A DNA stretch of 32,000 nucleotides from Candidatus Pacearchaeota archaeon. Its GTDB lineage: Archaea; Nanobdellota; Nanobdellia; Pacearchaeales; GW2011-AR1. Numbering within the stretch: the first letter of the stretch is position 1; each line of letters opens with the position of its first letter. This document shows positions 8,748 through 17,225 of the stretch, in pieces. Both the position numbers and the translations under genes were made by a program. Under the pieces are notes generated by a model. It did not search any database, was not told where the DNA came from, and saw only the letters and a program-made list of their open reading frames with translations. The stretch is taken from contig JAFCEE010000005.1 of assembly GCA_017609285.1 (NCBI GenBank), positions 18,629-50,628 on the forward strand, written 5' to 3'.

Positions 8748-10219
8748 TACTCTCTTGCTATATAAACTACCTCGTTAGCTTTTTTTCCGCAGATTATGCA
8801 CTTGTTTAATTTTCCTAATGGCTTTTCTTTTATTAATTTTTTTCCTCTTACCTTTGCCTTAATTTCTTTTTCTATTATCTCTGCGCAAGATTCTCCTTTC
8901 TTATTAAGAGAACAGAAACCACATCTCACTATTTTTCCAGCTTCAAGAGCTGTTTTTAAATCTTCTTTTTTGTCAACGTTTTCTATCCTGTTTTCAAAAA
9001 CAGAATCAGCTTTTTTAATCAAATTTTTATCATAATCTTTAGCTAATTTTTTTATTTTTTCAATTAAATTTTTTTCTTTAATTGTTGTCTTTTTGTTTAT
9101 ATCTCTTCTATATACTGTTAACTCTTTGTTTTTTAATTCTTTTTTTCCCAACTCGATTCTTAAAGGTACGCCTTTCATTTCCCAAAAATAAAATTTTTCT
9201 CCAGGCCTTCTGTCCGTTAAATCAATTTCTACGTCGATATTATTTTCTTCTAATTTTTGTTTTATCTCTTCAGCTTTTTTTATCACCTCTTTATTTTGCA
9301 TAATAGGAACTATGACTACTTGCTTGGGTGCAATTTTCCATGGAAATTTTAATCCTTTATTGTCTCCGTGAACAATTATTACTGAAGCAAAAATTCTGCT
9401 TATTGCTGGACCATAGCAAGTTAGATAACAGTATTTCTCTTTTTCATCTTTATCCTTGAATTTTACATCAAATGATTTTGAGAAGCTTTGTCCTAATAAA
9501 TGTGTAGAAGGTTGTTGTACAATTTTTCCATCAGGATTTAGTACATCTGCTGCAAATGTCTTTTCTGCTCCTGCAAATTTGTCCCACTGAGGCCTTTCAA
9601 AAAATATAAAAGGTAAGCAAAAAATATCATGCAGGGTTTCTTTTGTTGTTTCCATATCTTCTTTTACTTGTTTTTCAGCGTCTTTTAATGTTGTATGGGC
9701 ACAATGAGATTCTATCCAATAAAACTCTCTACTTCTTAAGAAGGGCCTTGTTGCTTTAGTTTCATATCTAAAGACATTCGCTCTTTGATATGTTTTAAAA
9801 GGCAAATCTTTATAAGAGCGAATCCACAATGAAAACATTTGATAAAAAGCTGTTTCAGATGTTGGCCTTAAAGCAAGTTTTTCAGTTAATTTTGTTGTTC
9901 CTCCATGAGTTACCCAAAAAACTTCTGGTTCAAAACCAGCGACATGTTCTTTTTCTAATTTAAAATTCTTTTCTGGTATGAGTGTAGGAAAAAAATATGG
10001 TTTATGGCCTTTTCTTCGCAAAACTTTTTCTATGAATTTATACATTTTTTCCATAGCTAAGACACTCCAGGGTTGAAAAACTAAAAAACCTTTAACATTA
10101 TATCTTATGTCAGCCAGTTCTGCTTTTTTGATTATTTCAGTAAACCATTCAGAAAAATTTTTTTCTTTATCTATATTAAAAATTATTTTATCTTCCCCTG
10201 CCTTTTCTTTTTTTGTCAT
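8744..10219 (-). CDS. proS: Prolyl-tRNA synthetase, archaeal/eukaryal type
   Basis: Class II motifs are present: LRPTSETAFYQMF, FRYETKATRPFLRSREFYWIESH, YGPAISRI. It has a C-terminal Zn-binding domain (CGFCS...CIICGKKA) and ends in the conserved terminal Tyr (IAREY). Confidence 0.9.
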   Translation of the reverse strand: MTKKEKAGEDKIIFNIDKEKNFSEWFTEIIKKAELADIRYNVKGFLVFQPWSVLAMEKMYKFIEKVLRRKGHKPYFFPTLIPEKNFKLEKEHVAGFEPEVFWVTHGGTTKLTEKLALRPTSETAFYQMFSLWIRSYKDLPFKTYQRANVFRYETKATRPFLRSREFYWIESHCAHTTLKDAEKQVKEDMETTKETLHDIFCLPFIFFERPQWDKFAGAEKTFAADVLNPDGKIVQQPSTHLLGQSFSKSFDVKFKDKDEKEKYCYLTCYGPAISRIFASVIIVHGDNKGLKFPWKIAPKQVVIVPIMQNKEVIKKAEEIKQKLEENNIDVEIDLTDRRPGEKFYFWEMKGVPLRIELGKKELKNKELTVYRRDINKKTTIKEKNLIEKIKKLAKDYDKNLIKKADSVFENRIENVDKKEDLKTALEAGKIVRCGFCSLNKKGESCAEIIEKEIKAKVRGKKLIKEKPLGKLNKCIICGKKANEVVYIAREY

Positions 10220-10258
10220 ATTTAACTTAAAGTTTCTTAATATTTAAAATTAACCTAA

Positions 10259-10384
10259 TGGGCCTGGAAGGATTTGAACCCTCATCACCCGGTATCTCCG
10301 AGGCTTGCTTTTATTGATCTGCTTTTTGTCTCGCAAACCTTCTCGCCGAAGCCGAGTGCTCTATCCAGGTTGAGCTACAGGCCC
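10259..10384 (-). tRNA. tRNA-Arg (anticodon UCG) with a 52-nt intron at the canonical 37/38 position
   Basis: The reverse complement folds by hand as follows. Acceptor GGGCCUG/CAGGCCC. D arm GCUC-AACCUGGAUA-GAGC. Anticodon stem CUCGG/CCGGG with loop C-U-UCG-G[intron]A. T arm GAGGG-UUCAAAU-CCUUC. Discriminator A, no encoded CCA. The mature length would be 74 nt. Confidence 0.85.
10294..10345 (-). other. tRNA intron with bulge-helix-bulge splice motif
   Basis: A central 4-bp helix CUUC (nt 32-35) / GGAG (intron 3' end) is flanked by 3-nt bulges GG|C and AU|A. This places both cleavage sites at the 2nd/3rd bulge nucleotide. The intron helices are GAG/CUC and GGUUUGC/GCAAGCC. Confidence 0.7.
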
Positions 10385-10402
10385 AATTTTGATAAGAAAA
10401 AG

Positions 10403-10412
10403 ATATTTAAAA
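10403..10412 (-). promoter_or_regulatory. TATA-box candidate for the tRNA-Arg gene
   Basis: The minus strand reads TTTTAAATAT, centred about 24 nt upstream of tRNA position 1. This matches the usual archaeal TATA-to-start distance. Confidence 0.35.
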
Positions 10413-10450
10413 GTCTGCTGCTTGGGATTTAAAAAGAGGAAAATGAAAAA

Positions 10451-10789
10451 ATGAGATGGAGAAGTAATCTTTTCAATTGCATTTTTGCAGTATTGACTTT
10501 GTCTATAACTATCTTGTTTTATAGAAAAGTTTTATTGGCTACTATATTATTACTAGCACTGGCTTTTATAGCCTTAATTAAATGGAAATCTAAACTAACT
10601 TTACTAGTCTTTATTTTTGGAGCTATCTTTGGAACTATGGCTGAAATGGTAGCCATAAAATTTGGGGTGTGGAATTATTCAGTAACCTCGATATTTAATG
10701 TTCCTTATTGGTTATTTGTCGTGTGGGGAAATGCCGCGATATTTATTTATCATCTTGCTTTGGGGTTAGGGGAAAAAGAGGAAAAATGA
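10451..10789 (+). CDS. Small polytopic membrane protein, unknown function
   Basis: 112 aa with 3-4 hydrophobic helices. Its stop overlaps the ATG of the downstream permease in an ATGA arrangement (10786-10789), which suggests translational coupling. Confidence 0.45.
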   Translation: MRWRSNLFNCIFAVLTLSITILFYRKVLLATILLLALAFIALIKWKSKLTLLVFIFGAIFGTMAEMVAIKFGVWNYSVTSIFNVPYWLFVVWGNAAIFIYHLALGLGEKEEK

Positions 10790-11848
10790 AAAAAAAATTA
10801 TTTCAAGCAATAGCAACATTGACAGGAACAGTTATAGGAGCTGGATTTTTGGGAATTCCTTATGTGATGAGTAAAAGTGGCTTTTTAATTGGTTTAGCTT
10901 GGATGGTTTAGGGGAAATTTGTTTGTCAACAAAAACAACACACCAAATCCCTGGTTATGCAAGCAAATATTTAGGTAAAAAGACAAAGATATTTATTTTT
11001 TTAGCTAGTATTTTTGGCTTGTACGCTGCTTTAATTGCTTATCTTCTTGGAGAAGGTGAAAGTTTGAGCTTTTTACTAACCTCTGGTACTAATTATGCTC
11101 TTCTTGCTGGTTTAGCTTTTTGGTTTATAGTGACAGGAATAACTTTTAAAGGTATCAGGAGTTTTAAGAAAATTCAACCTTTAGCTGTTCTCGCTGTCTT
11201 CCTTGTTGTTTTCTTGCTTGGAATTTTTTCTTGGAACAAAATTAATCTAACAAATTTAACTTACTTTAATCCTTCTTATCTTTTTTTTCCTTTTGGTGTT
11301 ATTTTATTTGCTTTTTTAGGCACGAGTAGTATTCCAGAAATGAGGCGTGTCTTAGAGAAAAATGAAAAGTTAATGAAAAAAGCTATTATTATAGGAAGTT
11401 TTATTCCTTTGTTAGTTTATGTTTTATTTACTATTATAGTTCTTGGATTATTTGGTTCTCAAGTTGAAGAAATAGCCACTATTTCTTTTGGCAAGGCCGT
11501 TACTTTTCTTGGAATGTTTACTATGTTCACAGCTTTTTTAGCTTTAAACTTGGCATTACAAGATACCTATAGGTTTGATTTTAACTTGACACAAAAAAAA
11601 GCTTGGTTTCTTCTTTATTTGTTTTTATTTTTATAAGAATTTTTAATTTAGCTGGTTTTGTTAAAATATTGAGTTTAGGAGGAACTATAAGTGGAGGTTT
11701 GTTATCTATTGCTATACTTTTGATACACGAACATTTGCGAGATAAAAAGTTAGAGAGAAGGCCGGAATTTAGGATTAAATTGCCTTTAATGCTAAAGATT
11801 TTGTTTATTTTGCTTTTCCTTGTTGGAATTATTTACGAGTTTTTGTAG
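10786..11848 (+). pseudogene. Amino-acid permease (Trp/Tyr-permease / Aa_trans-like) broken across three reading frames
   Basis: MKKKLFQAIATLTGTVIGAGFLGIPYVMSKSGFLIG is a typical N-terminus of this transporter family. The homology-like hydrophobic sequence continues in frame 3 from about 10908 (LGEICLSTKTTHQIPGYASKYLGKK...). It continues again in frame 2 after the A8 run at 11593-11600 (KKSLVSSLFVFIF...GGTISGGLL...). Both junctions need a -1 shift. Confidence 0.6.
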
Positions 11849-11863
11849 ATGGTTCTAATTATT

Positions 11864-11891
11864 GATAACTTCAATTAAAATTGAAGTTATC
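11864..11891. promoter_or_regulatory. Perfect 13-bp inverted repeat (GATAACTTCAATT-aa-AATTGAAGTTATC), candidate operator
   Basis: Arms at 11864-11876 and 11879-11891 are exact reverse complements. The repeat lies just upstream of a TATA-like TTTATAAAA (11898-11906) and 27 nt before the ArsR-like gene ATG. No T-run follows it. Confidence 0.45.
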
Positions 11892-11917
11892 GCTGGATTT
11901 ATAAAAGATACTTTTTT

Positions 11918-12499
11918 ATGATAACTAAAATGGTGGAAGAAAAATATGTTTTGGTTTCATTAAAAGATGAAAGCACCAAGAAAATAGCAGAAACTTTAAC
12001 TAATAAAACATGCAAGAAAATTCTTAATTTGTTGTCGGAAAATGAAATGAGCGGAACAGAAATAGCTAAATCTCTTTCCTTGCCTTTGAATACTGTAGGG
12101 TATAATATAAACAAATTAGTGAAAGCAGGACTAATAGAGGAAAAGAGGCATCTTTTTAGTGTAAAAGGAAAGAGGATTCCTATTTACAAAATTTCAAATA
12201 AGCATATCATTATTTCGCCTAAAAAGACATATTCAAGTCAACTGAAGAGCATTTTCCCTCTTGTTTTTATATCTGCCTTATTTACTATTTTCATTTTATG
12301 GTTTTCAAGGACAAGAACATCTGTTCAAAAAGCAATTCCAAAAGCTGAGGAGTTTATGATTTCTAGAGCTAGGGATTTTGGAGAAGAAACAGCCTTATCT
12401 TTTTTTAATTCAATTAATGTTGTGGAATTGTTTTTAATTATCATATGGATAGGAATTGCTATATATCTGATATTAAATTTAAAACCTGAAAGGAGGTAA
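11918..12499 (+). CDS. ArsR-family winged-helix regulator with C-terminal transmembrane anchor
   Basis: KIAETLTNKTCKKILNLLSENEMSGTEIAKSLSLPLNTVGYNINKLVKAGLIEE is a classic ArsR/HTH_20 wHTH. The C-terminal third has two hydrophobic helices (IFPLVFISALFTIFILWF, VVELFLIIIWIGIAIYLIL). Confidence 0.6.
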   Translation: MITKMVEEKYVLVSLKDESTKKIAETLTNKTCKKILNLLSENEMSGTEIAKSLSLPLNTVGYNINKLVKAGLIEEKRHLFSVKGKRIPIYKISNKHIIISPKKTYSSQLKSIFPLVFISALFTIFILWFSRTRTSVQKAIPKAEEFMISRARDFGEETALSFFNSINVVELFLIIIWIGIAIYLILNLKPERR

Positions 12500-12506
12500 A
12501 ATAAAA

Positions 12507-13238
12507 ATGGAAAGTTCAGTTAAAATAACTTCAATAATAGTTAGCGCAGTGATTTTTTTGGCTTTAGTTGGTATAGGAATATATTTTCAAGTAAAGCCTA
12601 CACAAACAGTAACTGTTTCTGGAATCTCTACAGTCAAAGCTGTACCTGATTTGGTTAGTATTTATTTCAATATAGAGACAGAAGGGGAAACAGCTAAAAA
12701 AGCTAAAGATTCTAACGCTAGAATCGTGGATGATGTTACAACTGCCCTTATCAAGTTAGGGTTGGAGAGAAAAGACATAACTACTGAAAACTTCAATGTT
12801 TATCCTAATTATGTTTGGAAAAATGGGGAAAGGAAACAAGAAGGTTATAAAGCCAGCCATAGGATAAGGGTTCAACTGAAAGATGACAAGATGGATGATG
12901 TTGGAGAGGTTATAGATGCCGGAGTAAATAATGAGGCAGGAATAAGCTATATCAATTTTGAGTTGAGTCAGGATTTGCAGAATAAATATAAAAAACAGGC
13001 TTTAGAACAAGCTACAAAAGATGCGAGAAGAAAGGCAGAAGGAATTGCTTCTGGGCTTGGAAAAAAGTTAGGAAGAGTGATTTCTGTTACAAGTCAAGAA
13101 TTTAACTATTATCCATGGAGAGTATATGAAGCAGTTGGTGAAGCTAGTATAAAAGAAGCAAAGTCAGCTGTCACAGAAATACAACCAGGCGAGCAGGAGA
13201 TAAGTGGAAGAGTAAGTATAGTTTATGCTTTAAGATAG
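12507..13238 (+). CDS. SIMPL/DUF541 domain protein with N-terminal membrane anchor
   Basis: An N-terminal TM helix is followed by ISTVKAVPDLVSIYFNIETEG, GYKASHRIRVQLKD, ARRKAEGIASGLGKKLGRVISV and IQPGEQEISGRVSIVY, which are blocks typical of SIMPL/DUF541 proteins. An SD (GGAGGT) lies upstream. Confidence 0.7.
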   Translation: MESSVKITSIIVSAVIFLALVGIGIYFQVKPTQTVTVSGISTVKAVPDLVSIYFNIETEGETAKKAKDSNARIVDDVTTALIKLGLERKDITTENFNVYPNYVWKNGERKQEGYKASHRIRVQLKDDKMDDVGEVIDAGVNNEAGISYINFELSQDLQNKYKKQALEQATKDARRKAEGIASGLGKKLGRVISVTSQEFNYYPWRVYEAVGEASIKEAKSAVTEIQPGEQEISGRVSIVYALR

Positions 13239-13258
13239 TTTTTATTTTTCTTTTTTTT
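13239..13258 (+). terminator. Oligo-T tract after the SIMPL gene
   Basis: TTTTTATTTTTCTTTTTTTT follows the TAG stop directly. Archaeal RNA polymerase terminates at oligo-T. The tract runs into the stop codon of the convergent gatB. Confidence 0.35.
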
Positions 13259-14675
13259 ATTTTAACTTTTTCTCTAAAATTTCTCTCACGATTTGATAAT
13301 CTGCACGTTTGTCACTAATTTTCATTATCTCTCCTATTAAGAAATTGAAAGCTTTTTTCTCGCCTGCTTTGTAATCCTGAACTGCTTTTTTATTTTTCTC
13401 TAGAACCTTTTTTACTATTTTTTCAATTTCTTTCTTATTTGTGATTTTAGCTTCTTTTTTAACAAGTTCTTTAATTGAGAAGGATTTTGGCACAAACTGG
13501 TTGAGAAGCTGTTTTGCTTTTAATTCTGTTATTTTTCCTTGTCTTACTGCTTTGAGAAGTTCGCTGAAATGTTGAGGTTTTATATCTACTTTAGGGTCAT
13601 CTAAAGTTTTTTTATTGTAATTTAAAACACGGAGAAGCTCAGTAGTAACCCAAGGTAAGGCAAAAGATGGAGGGATTTTTTTAGCAACTTCTTCAAATAA
13701 TTCTACAAGTTCGAGATTTTTGTAGAGAATTTCAGCTTCTTGTTTTCTTAGTTTATGTTTTTTTATTAATTTATCAAGTTTTTCTTGAGGTGTTTCTGGC
13801 AACCTACTTTTTATTTCTTTAACTTCTTTTTCACTTAACTTTATTATTGGCAAGTCAGGGTCTGGTATAAATCTGTAATCCTCTTGTGTTTCTTTTGTTC
13901 TCATAACTATTGTTTTTCCTTTTTTTTCATCCCATCTTCTTGTTTCTCTTTTTACTTTTTCTTTTTTCTGCCTTTCAATTTCATAAATAATAGCTTGTTT
14001 TATGCTTTGTATTGATGAGAGATTTTTAATTTCTACTCTTTCTCCGCCAGAAACACTAACATTTACATCTGCTTTTATTCCTGCATTTTTATCAACAGCT
14101 TTAATATACGACAAAGTAAGGAGTAATTTTTTAAGCCACAATTCTACTTCTTCTGCGTTAGAGAAATCTGGTTCAGTTACAATTTCAACAAGAGGCAAGC
14201 CAGAACGATTATAGTCAATATAACCAGTTTTAGGATTCCATGAAGCAGGATCCTCCTCTAAATGACATTCTCTAATTCTTATGTTCTCGAATTTTCCTTT
14301 TTCAGCAACAGGAACAGAGTAAGCTCCTGAAATTGTGTCTTGATAACCTTTTGGCAAATCAGGCCAATCATAATGTTTTCTATTCCAAGTAAGAATACCA
14401 TAAATTTTCTTACCAATTTTTCTATAAATGTTTACTTCGCAATTTAACATTAAAGCTATCTGGATAATTTTTTTAATTGCTTCTTCATTAGGTAACATTG
14501 GTTTTGCTCCTGGCTGTCCTGTGCATATTGGACAGATAAAAGTATTTGGTTTTATTTGTTGTTTTGCTAAATGTCTGGAAGCTTTACATCTGCAGAAAAG
14601 TTTTTCTTTTGTTTGGAGATAACCATGAATTTCTAAACCTATTTTTGCATTTATCATTATTTTATAAAGAGTCAA
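13257..14675 (-). CDS. gatB: Asp-tRNA(Asn)/Glu-tRNA(Gln) amidotransferase subunit B
   Basis: IGLEIHGYLQTKEKLFCRC, ICPICTGQPGAKPMLN, WPDLPKGYQ, CHLEEDPA, YNRSGLPLVEIVTEPD and IKADVNVSV are present, plus a YqeY-like tail (FNFLIGEIMKISDKRAD). Confidence 0.9.
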   Translation of the reverse strand: MTLYKIMINAKIGLEIHGYLQTKEKLFCRCKASRHLAKQQIKPNTFICPICTGQPGAKPMLPNEEAIKKIIQIALMLNCEVNIYRKIGKKIYGILTWNRKHYDWPDLPKGYQDTISGAYSVPVAEKGKFENIRIRECHLEEDPASWNPKTGYIDYNRSGLPLVEIVTEPDFSNAEEVELWLKKLLLTLSYIKAVDKNAGIKADVNVSVSGGERVEIKNLSSIQSIKQAIIYEIERQKKEKVKRETRRWDEKKGKTIVMRTKETQEDYRFIPDPDLPIIKLSEKEVKEIKSRLPETPQEKLDKLIKKHKLRKQEAEILYKNLELVELFEEVAKKIPPSFALPWVTTELLRVLNYNKKTLDDPKVDIKPQHFSELLKAVRQGKITELKAKQLLNQFVPKSFSIKELVKKEAKITNKKEIEKIVKKVLEKNKKAVQDYKAGEKKAFNFLIGEIMKISDKRADYQIVREILEKKLK

Positions 14676-14889
14676 GAGGGCTTTTTATATTTTACATTTT
14701 TATGGAGGCCTTATGTAACAATAAGACTTGAACATAAATATTCAATTTTGTTTGGCTTTGATAAAATAAACAAAAAGGTTTTCTCCACTCCAAAATTTAT
14801 CTTCGGAAAGACTTTGTTAAATTGCATGTATTATCAAAAATTTAGAGTTGTTTTTTTTGAAAAAAGGACTTTACTAGTTTGGTTTTTTA

Positions 14890-15696
14890 TTAATCATAGG
14901 CTCCCTTTGTTTCTTCTACAATTTCTTTATATATTTTTTTAGCTCCAGAAGGGTTTGAGTTTAAAGTTTCATAAACAAAACTCCACCCAAAAATTTTTGG
15001 TTTTATAATAGATATTAAATCTGATGACATAAATCTGGCAACCTTTGTTAAAAACGGAATCTGCTCTGAGCTCCCTTTTTGGTTTAATTTTTGTTTTTCT
15101 TTTTTCCATTTTTTATTTATAAATGACCTAAACTGATTCCAAAAGGGTGGGCAAATTCCATATGTGGTTTCTGATAAAATAGAGAAGCGATTATTGGAAA
15201 GATATTTCTTGAAATTCCTAAATTTGAAAAGACAAGGGTATAGGAGTTTATGTCCTGTTCTTGGGTTAGGAATAGAGCAAATGAATCTACCATTTTGTTT
15301 TAGAACTCTCTGTATTTCTTCTATTGCATATTGCGGTGATTTTAAGTGTTCTAAAACTTCTAAGGCAATAACAATATCAAATATAGAATCTTCAAATGGA
15401 AGATTTTCTTTACTAACATCTGCTAAAAATGGTTTTATCCCTTTTGCTTTTAAGAATTTCATGGCATTTTTAGAGATGTCTACTGCATAAACTTCATTTT
15501 CGTTTTTTAAAAATTGAACAACTCCTCCATCACCACAACCAATTTCTAAAATTTTCTTGCCTTTTATATTGTTGAAATATTTTTCTTTATACCATTTATA
15601 TCTTGATGCATTAGAATTGTCTGATTTAATATAATAATTTTCATGTAATTTTTTTTCTTCTGAGTTTTGCATATTTGAATTATTAATTATATACAT
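14890..15696 (-). CDS. Class I SAM-dependent methyltransferase
   Basis: Motif I KILEIGCGDGGVVQFL, then VYAVDIS (acidic post-I) and FDIVIALEVLEHL (motif II/III region). Substrate unknown. Confidence 0.75.
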   Translation of the reverse strand: MYIINNSNMQNSEEKKLHENYYIKSDNSNASRYKWYKEKYFNNIKGKKILEIGCGDGGVVQFLKNENEVYAVDISKNAMKFLKAKGIKPFLADVSKENLPFEDSIFDIVIALEVLEHLKSPQYAIEEIQRVLKQNGRFICSIPNPRTGHKLLYPCLFKFRNFKKYLSNNRFSILSETTYGICPPFWNQFRSFINKKWKKEKQKLNQKGSSEQIPFLTKVARFMSSDLISIIKPKIFGWSFVYETLNSNPSGAKKIYKEIVEETKGAYD

Positions 15697-15953
15697 TAAA
15701 AACCTTTCTTTATTTAGATAGTCTCCTGCCGTCCCCGAAGCGCTATTTTAAAATTTATATACGCCTTTTTACAACTCTGCAGTTTTCTTTTAACAAATCT
15801 TTAGTGATAGGTTGCACCCTTTCGCTTCATTTACTTGGGCATAATATCATTAGTTCCAATTGAAAAGAAGGCAAAGTTAAATGCCGATGATTTGGTTTAA
15901 TGAGTAGTTATTCTTGTGATAAGCTTTATATAGTTTTTTTCTTTTTTTTTAAT

Positions 15954-17225
15954 ATGGCAGAGATAAAACCAGGCAACAAAATTAAAATAAAAACAGTAAA
16001 AGAGATTATAGAAGGAAGGTTACTCGAGAGTCCACAAGCTAATTTGTATTTAATAAAATTAGATTCAGGTTATAATATTGGTGTAAAGAAAGAGGATGTA
16101 GTTAGTATTGAAAAAATTAAAGAAAAGAAAGAAGGGAAAAAGAAAGGAGAGGAAAAGAAAAAAAGGCAAAAACAGGACTTGCCTAAAATTGATATAATTA
16201 TGACAGGGGGAACAATATCAAGCAGACTTGACCCAGAGACTGGAGCTGTAAAATGGTTAACTAAACCTTCTGAACTCTTTAGGTTTTATCCCGAGATGTT
16301 TGATATTGTAAATGTTAGAAAAGTAAAGGTTCCATTTATGAAAGCAAGCGAAAATATGGATTATAAAGACTGGCAGGTTATTGCAAAATCTTGCGAAGAA
16401 AGTCTAAATGATAAAGATTGTGAAGGAGTAATAATAACACATGGAACTGATTTTTTACATTATACTTCTTCAGCTTTATCTTTTTTTTTACAAAATTTGA
16501 ACAAACCAGTAGTTTTAACTTATGCTCAAAGAAGTTCAGATAGAGCAAGTAGTGATGCTAGCTTAAATTTGCAGTGTGCAGCTAGAACTGCTATTTCAGA
16601 TATGGCTGAGGTAGTTATTGTTGGACATGCTTCGATTAATGATAATTTTTGTTTTGCAATGAGAGGAACTAAAGTTAGAAAAATGCATACTTCGAGAAGA
16701 GATGCCTTTAAAACTATAAATGACAAACCTATCGCTAAAGTTTGGCCTGACAAAATTGAATTTGTGGGCAAATATAATCAAAGAGATAACAAAAAGAAAG
16801 TTAAGTTAGATTTAAGTTTTAATGAAAGAGTAGCTTTAACAAAATTTTATCCTGGGATGGACCAAGAACTTATTGAATGGTTATCTGGGAAATATGAAGG
16901 TGTTGTTTTAGAAGTAAGTGGTTTGGGGCATTTGGCCATAGATGAGGCAAGGAAAAATTTACTTCCTAGTATAAAAAAAGCAACAGATAATGGTTTAATT
17001 ATTTGTGCTGCTCCACAAACGATTTATGGAAGGTTAAACCCTTTAGTTTACTCGCCAGGAAGAAAATTAATGAAGGCAGGGATTATTTTTTTAGAAGATA
17101 TGTTACCTGAAACTTCTTTAGTTAAATTAGGTTGGGTTTTAGGGCATTCTAGTTGGCGAAATAAAATTAAAGAAAAAATGTTAGAGAATATTGCTGGAGA
17201 GTTAAATAAAAGACTGGAGGAATAA
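15954..17225 (+). CDS. gatD: Glutamyl-tRNA(Gln) amidotransferase subunit D
   Basis: GatD-specific N-terminal domain (GNKIKIKT...LIKLDSGYNIGV), a Lys-rich linker, then an asparaginase fold with IIMTGGTISS and ITHGTDFLHYTSSAL. I chose the ATG at 15954 because the tracked start at 15900 adds a poly-Phe leader encoded by the promoter T-tract. Confidence 0.9.
   Translation: MAEIKPGNKIKIKTVKEIIEGRLLESPQANLYLIKLDSGYNIGVKKEDVVSIEKIKEKKEGKKKGEEKKKRQKQDLPKIDIIMTGGTISSRLDPETGAVKWLTKPSELFRFYPEMFDIVNVRKVKVPFMKASENMDYKDWQVIAKSCEESLNDKDCEGVIITHGTDFLHYTSSALSFFLQNLNKPVVLTYAQRSSDRASSDASLNLQCAARTAISDMAEVVIVGHASINDNFCFAMRGTKVRKMHTSRRDAFKTINDKPIAKVWPDKIEFVGKYNQRDNKKKVKLDLSFNERVALTKFYPGMDQELIEWLSGKYEGVVLEVSGLGHLAIDEARKNLLPSIKKATDNGLIICAAPQTIYGRLNPLVYSPGRKLMKAGIIFLEDMLPETSLVKLGWVLGHSSWRNKIKEKMLENIAGELNKRLEE

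Noticed and set aside
8796-9303. ORFs 8796..9035 and 9082..9303, antisense to proS.
   Set aside because: These are Phe/Leu/Ser-rich mirror images of the Lys/Glu-rich ProS C-terminus. The proS call on the minus strand is unambiguous.
10708-10785. Tracked start of the first permease fragment at 10708.
   Set aside because: The first 26 codons (MVICRVGKCRDIYLSSCFGVRGKRGK) are an out-of-frame read of the 3' end of the upstream membrane-protein gene. The transporter-like sequence begins at the ATG at 10786, which overlaps that gene's stop (ATGA).
14748-14942. 64-aa ORF in the gatB/methyltransferase gap.
   Set aside because: It overlaps the 3' end of the methyltransferase on the other strand. The translation is Phe/Leu-rich and low complexity, with no SD or family resemblance. 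The 214-bp gap more likely holds the gatB promoter.
15900-15953. Tracked gatD start at 15900 (MSSYSCDKLYIVFFFFFN...).
   Set aside because: The extension is encoded by the promoter-like CTTTATATAG plus T-tract and has no counterpart in GatD. The ATG at 15954 begins the conserved GatD N-terminal domain.
15697-15953. C/D-box sRNA or split-tRNA half in the gatD upstream region.
   Set aside because: I found no CUGA (or TCAG on the other strand) D box and no exact UGAUGA C box. The nearest matches are GAUGAU and GUGAUAG. There is no T-arm-like GTTCRAATC. Only the GC-rich island is kept, as a low-interest flag.
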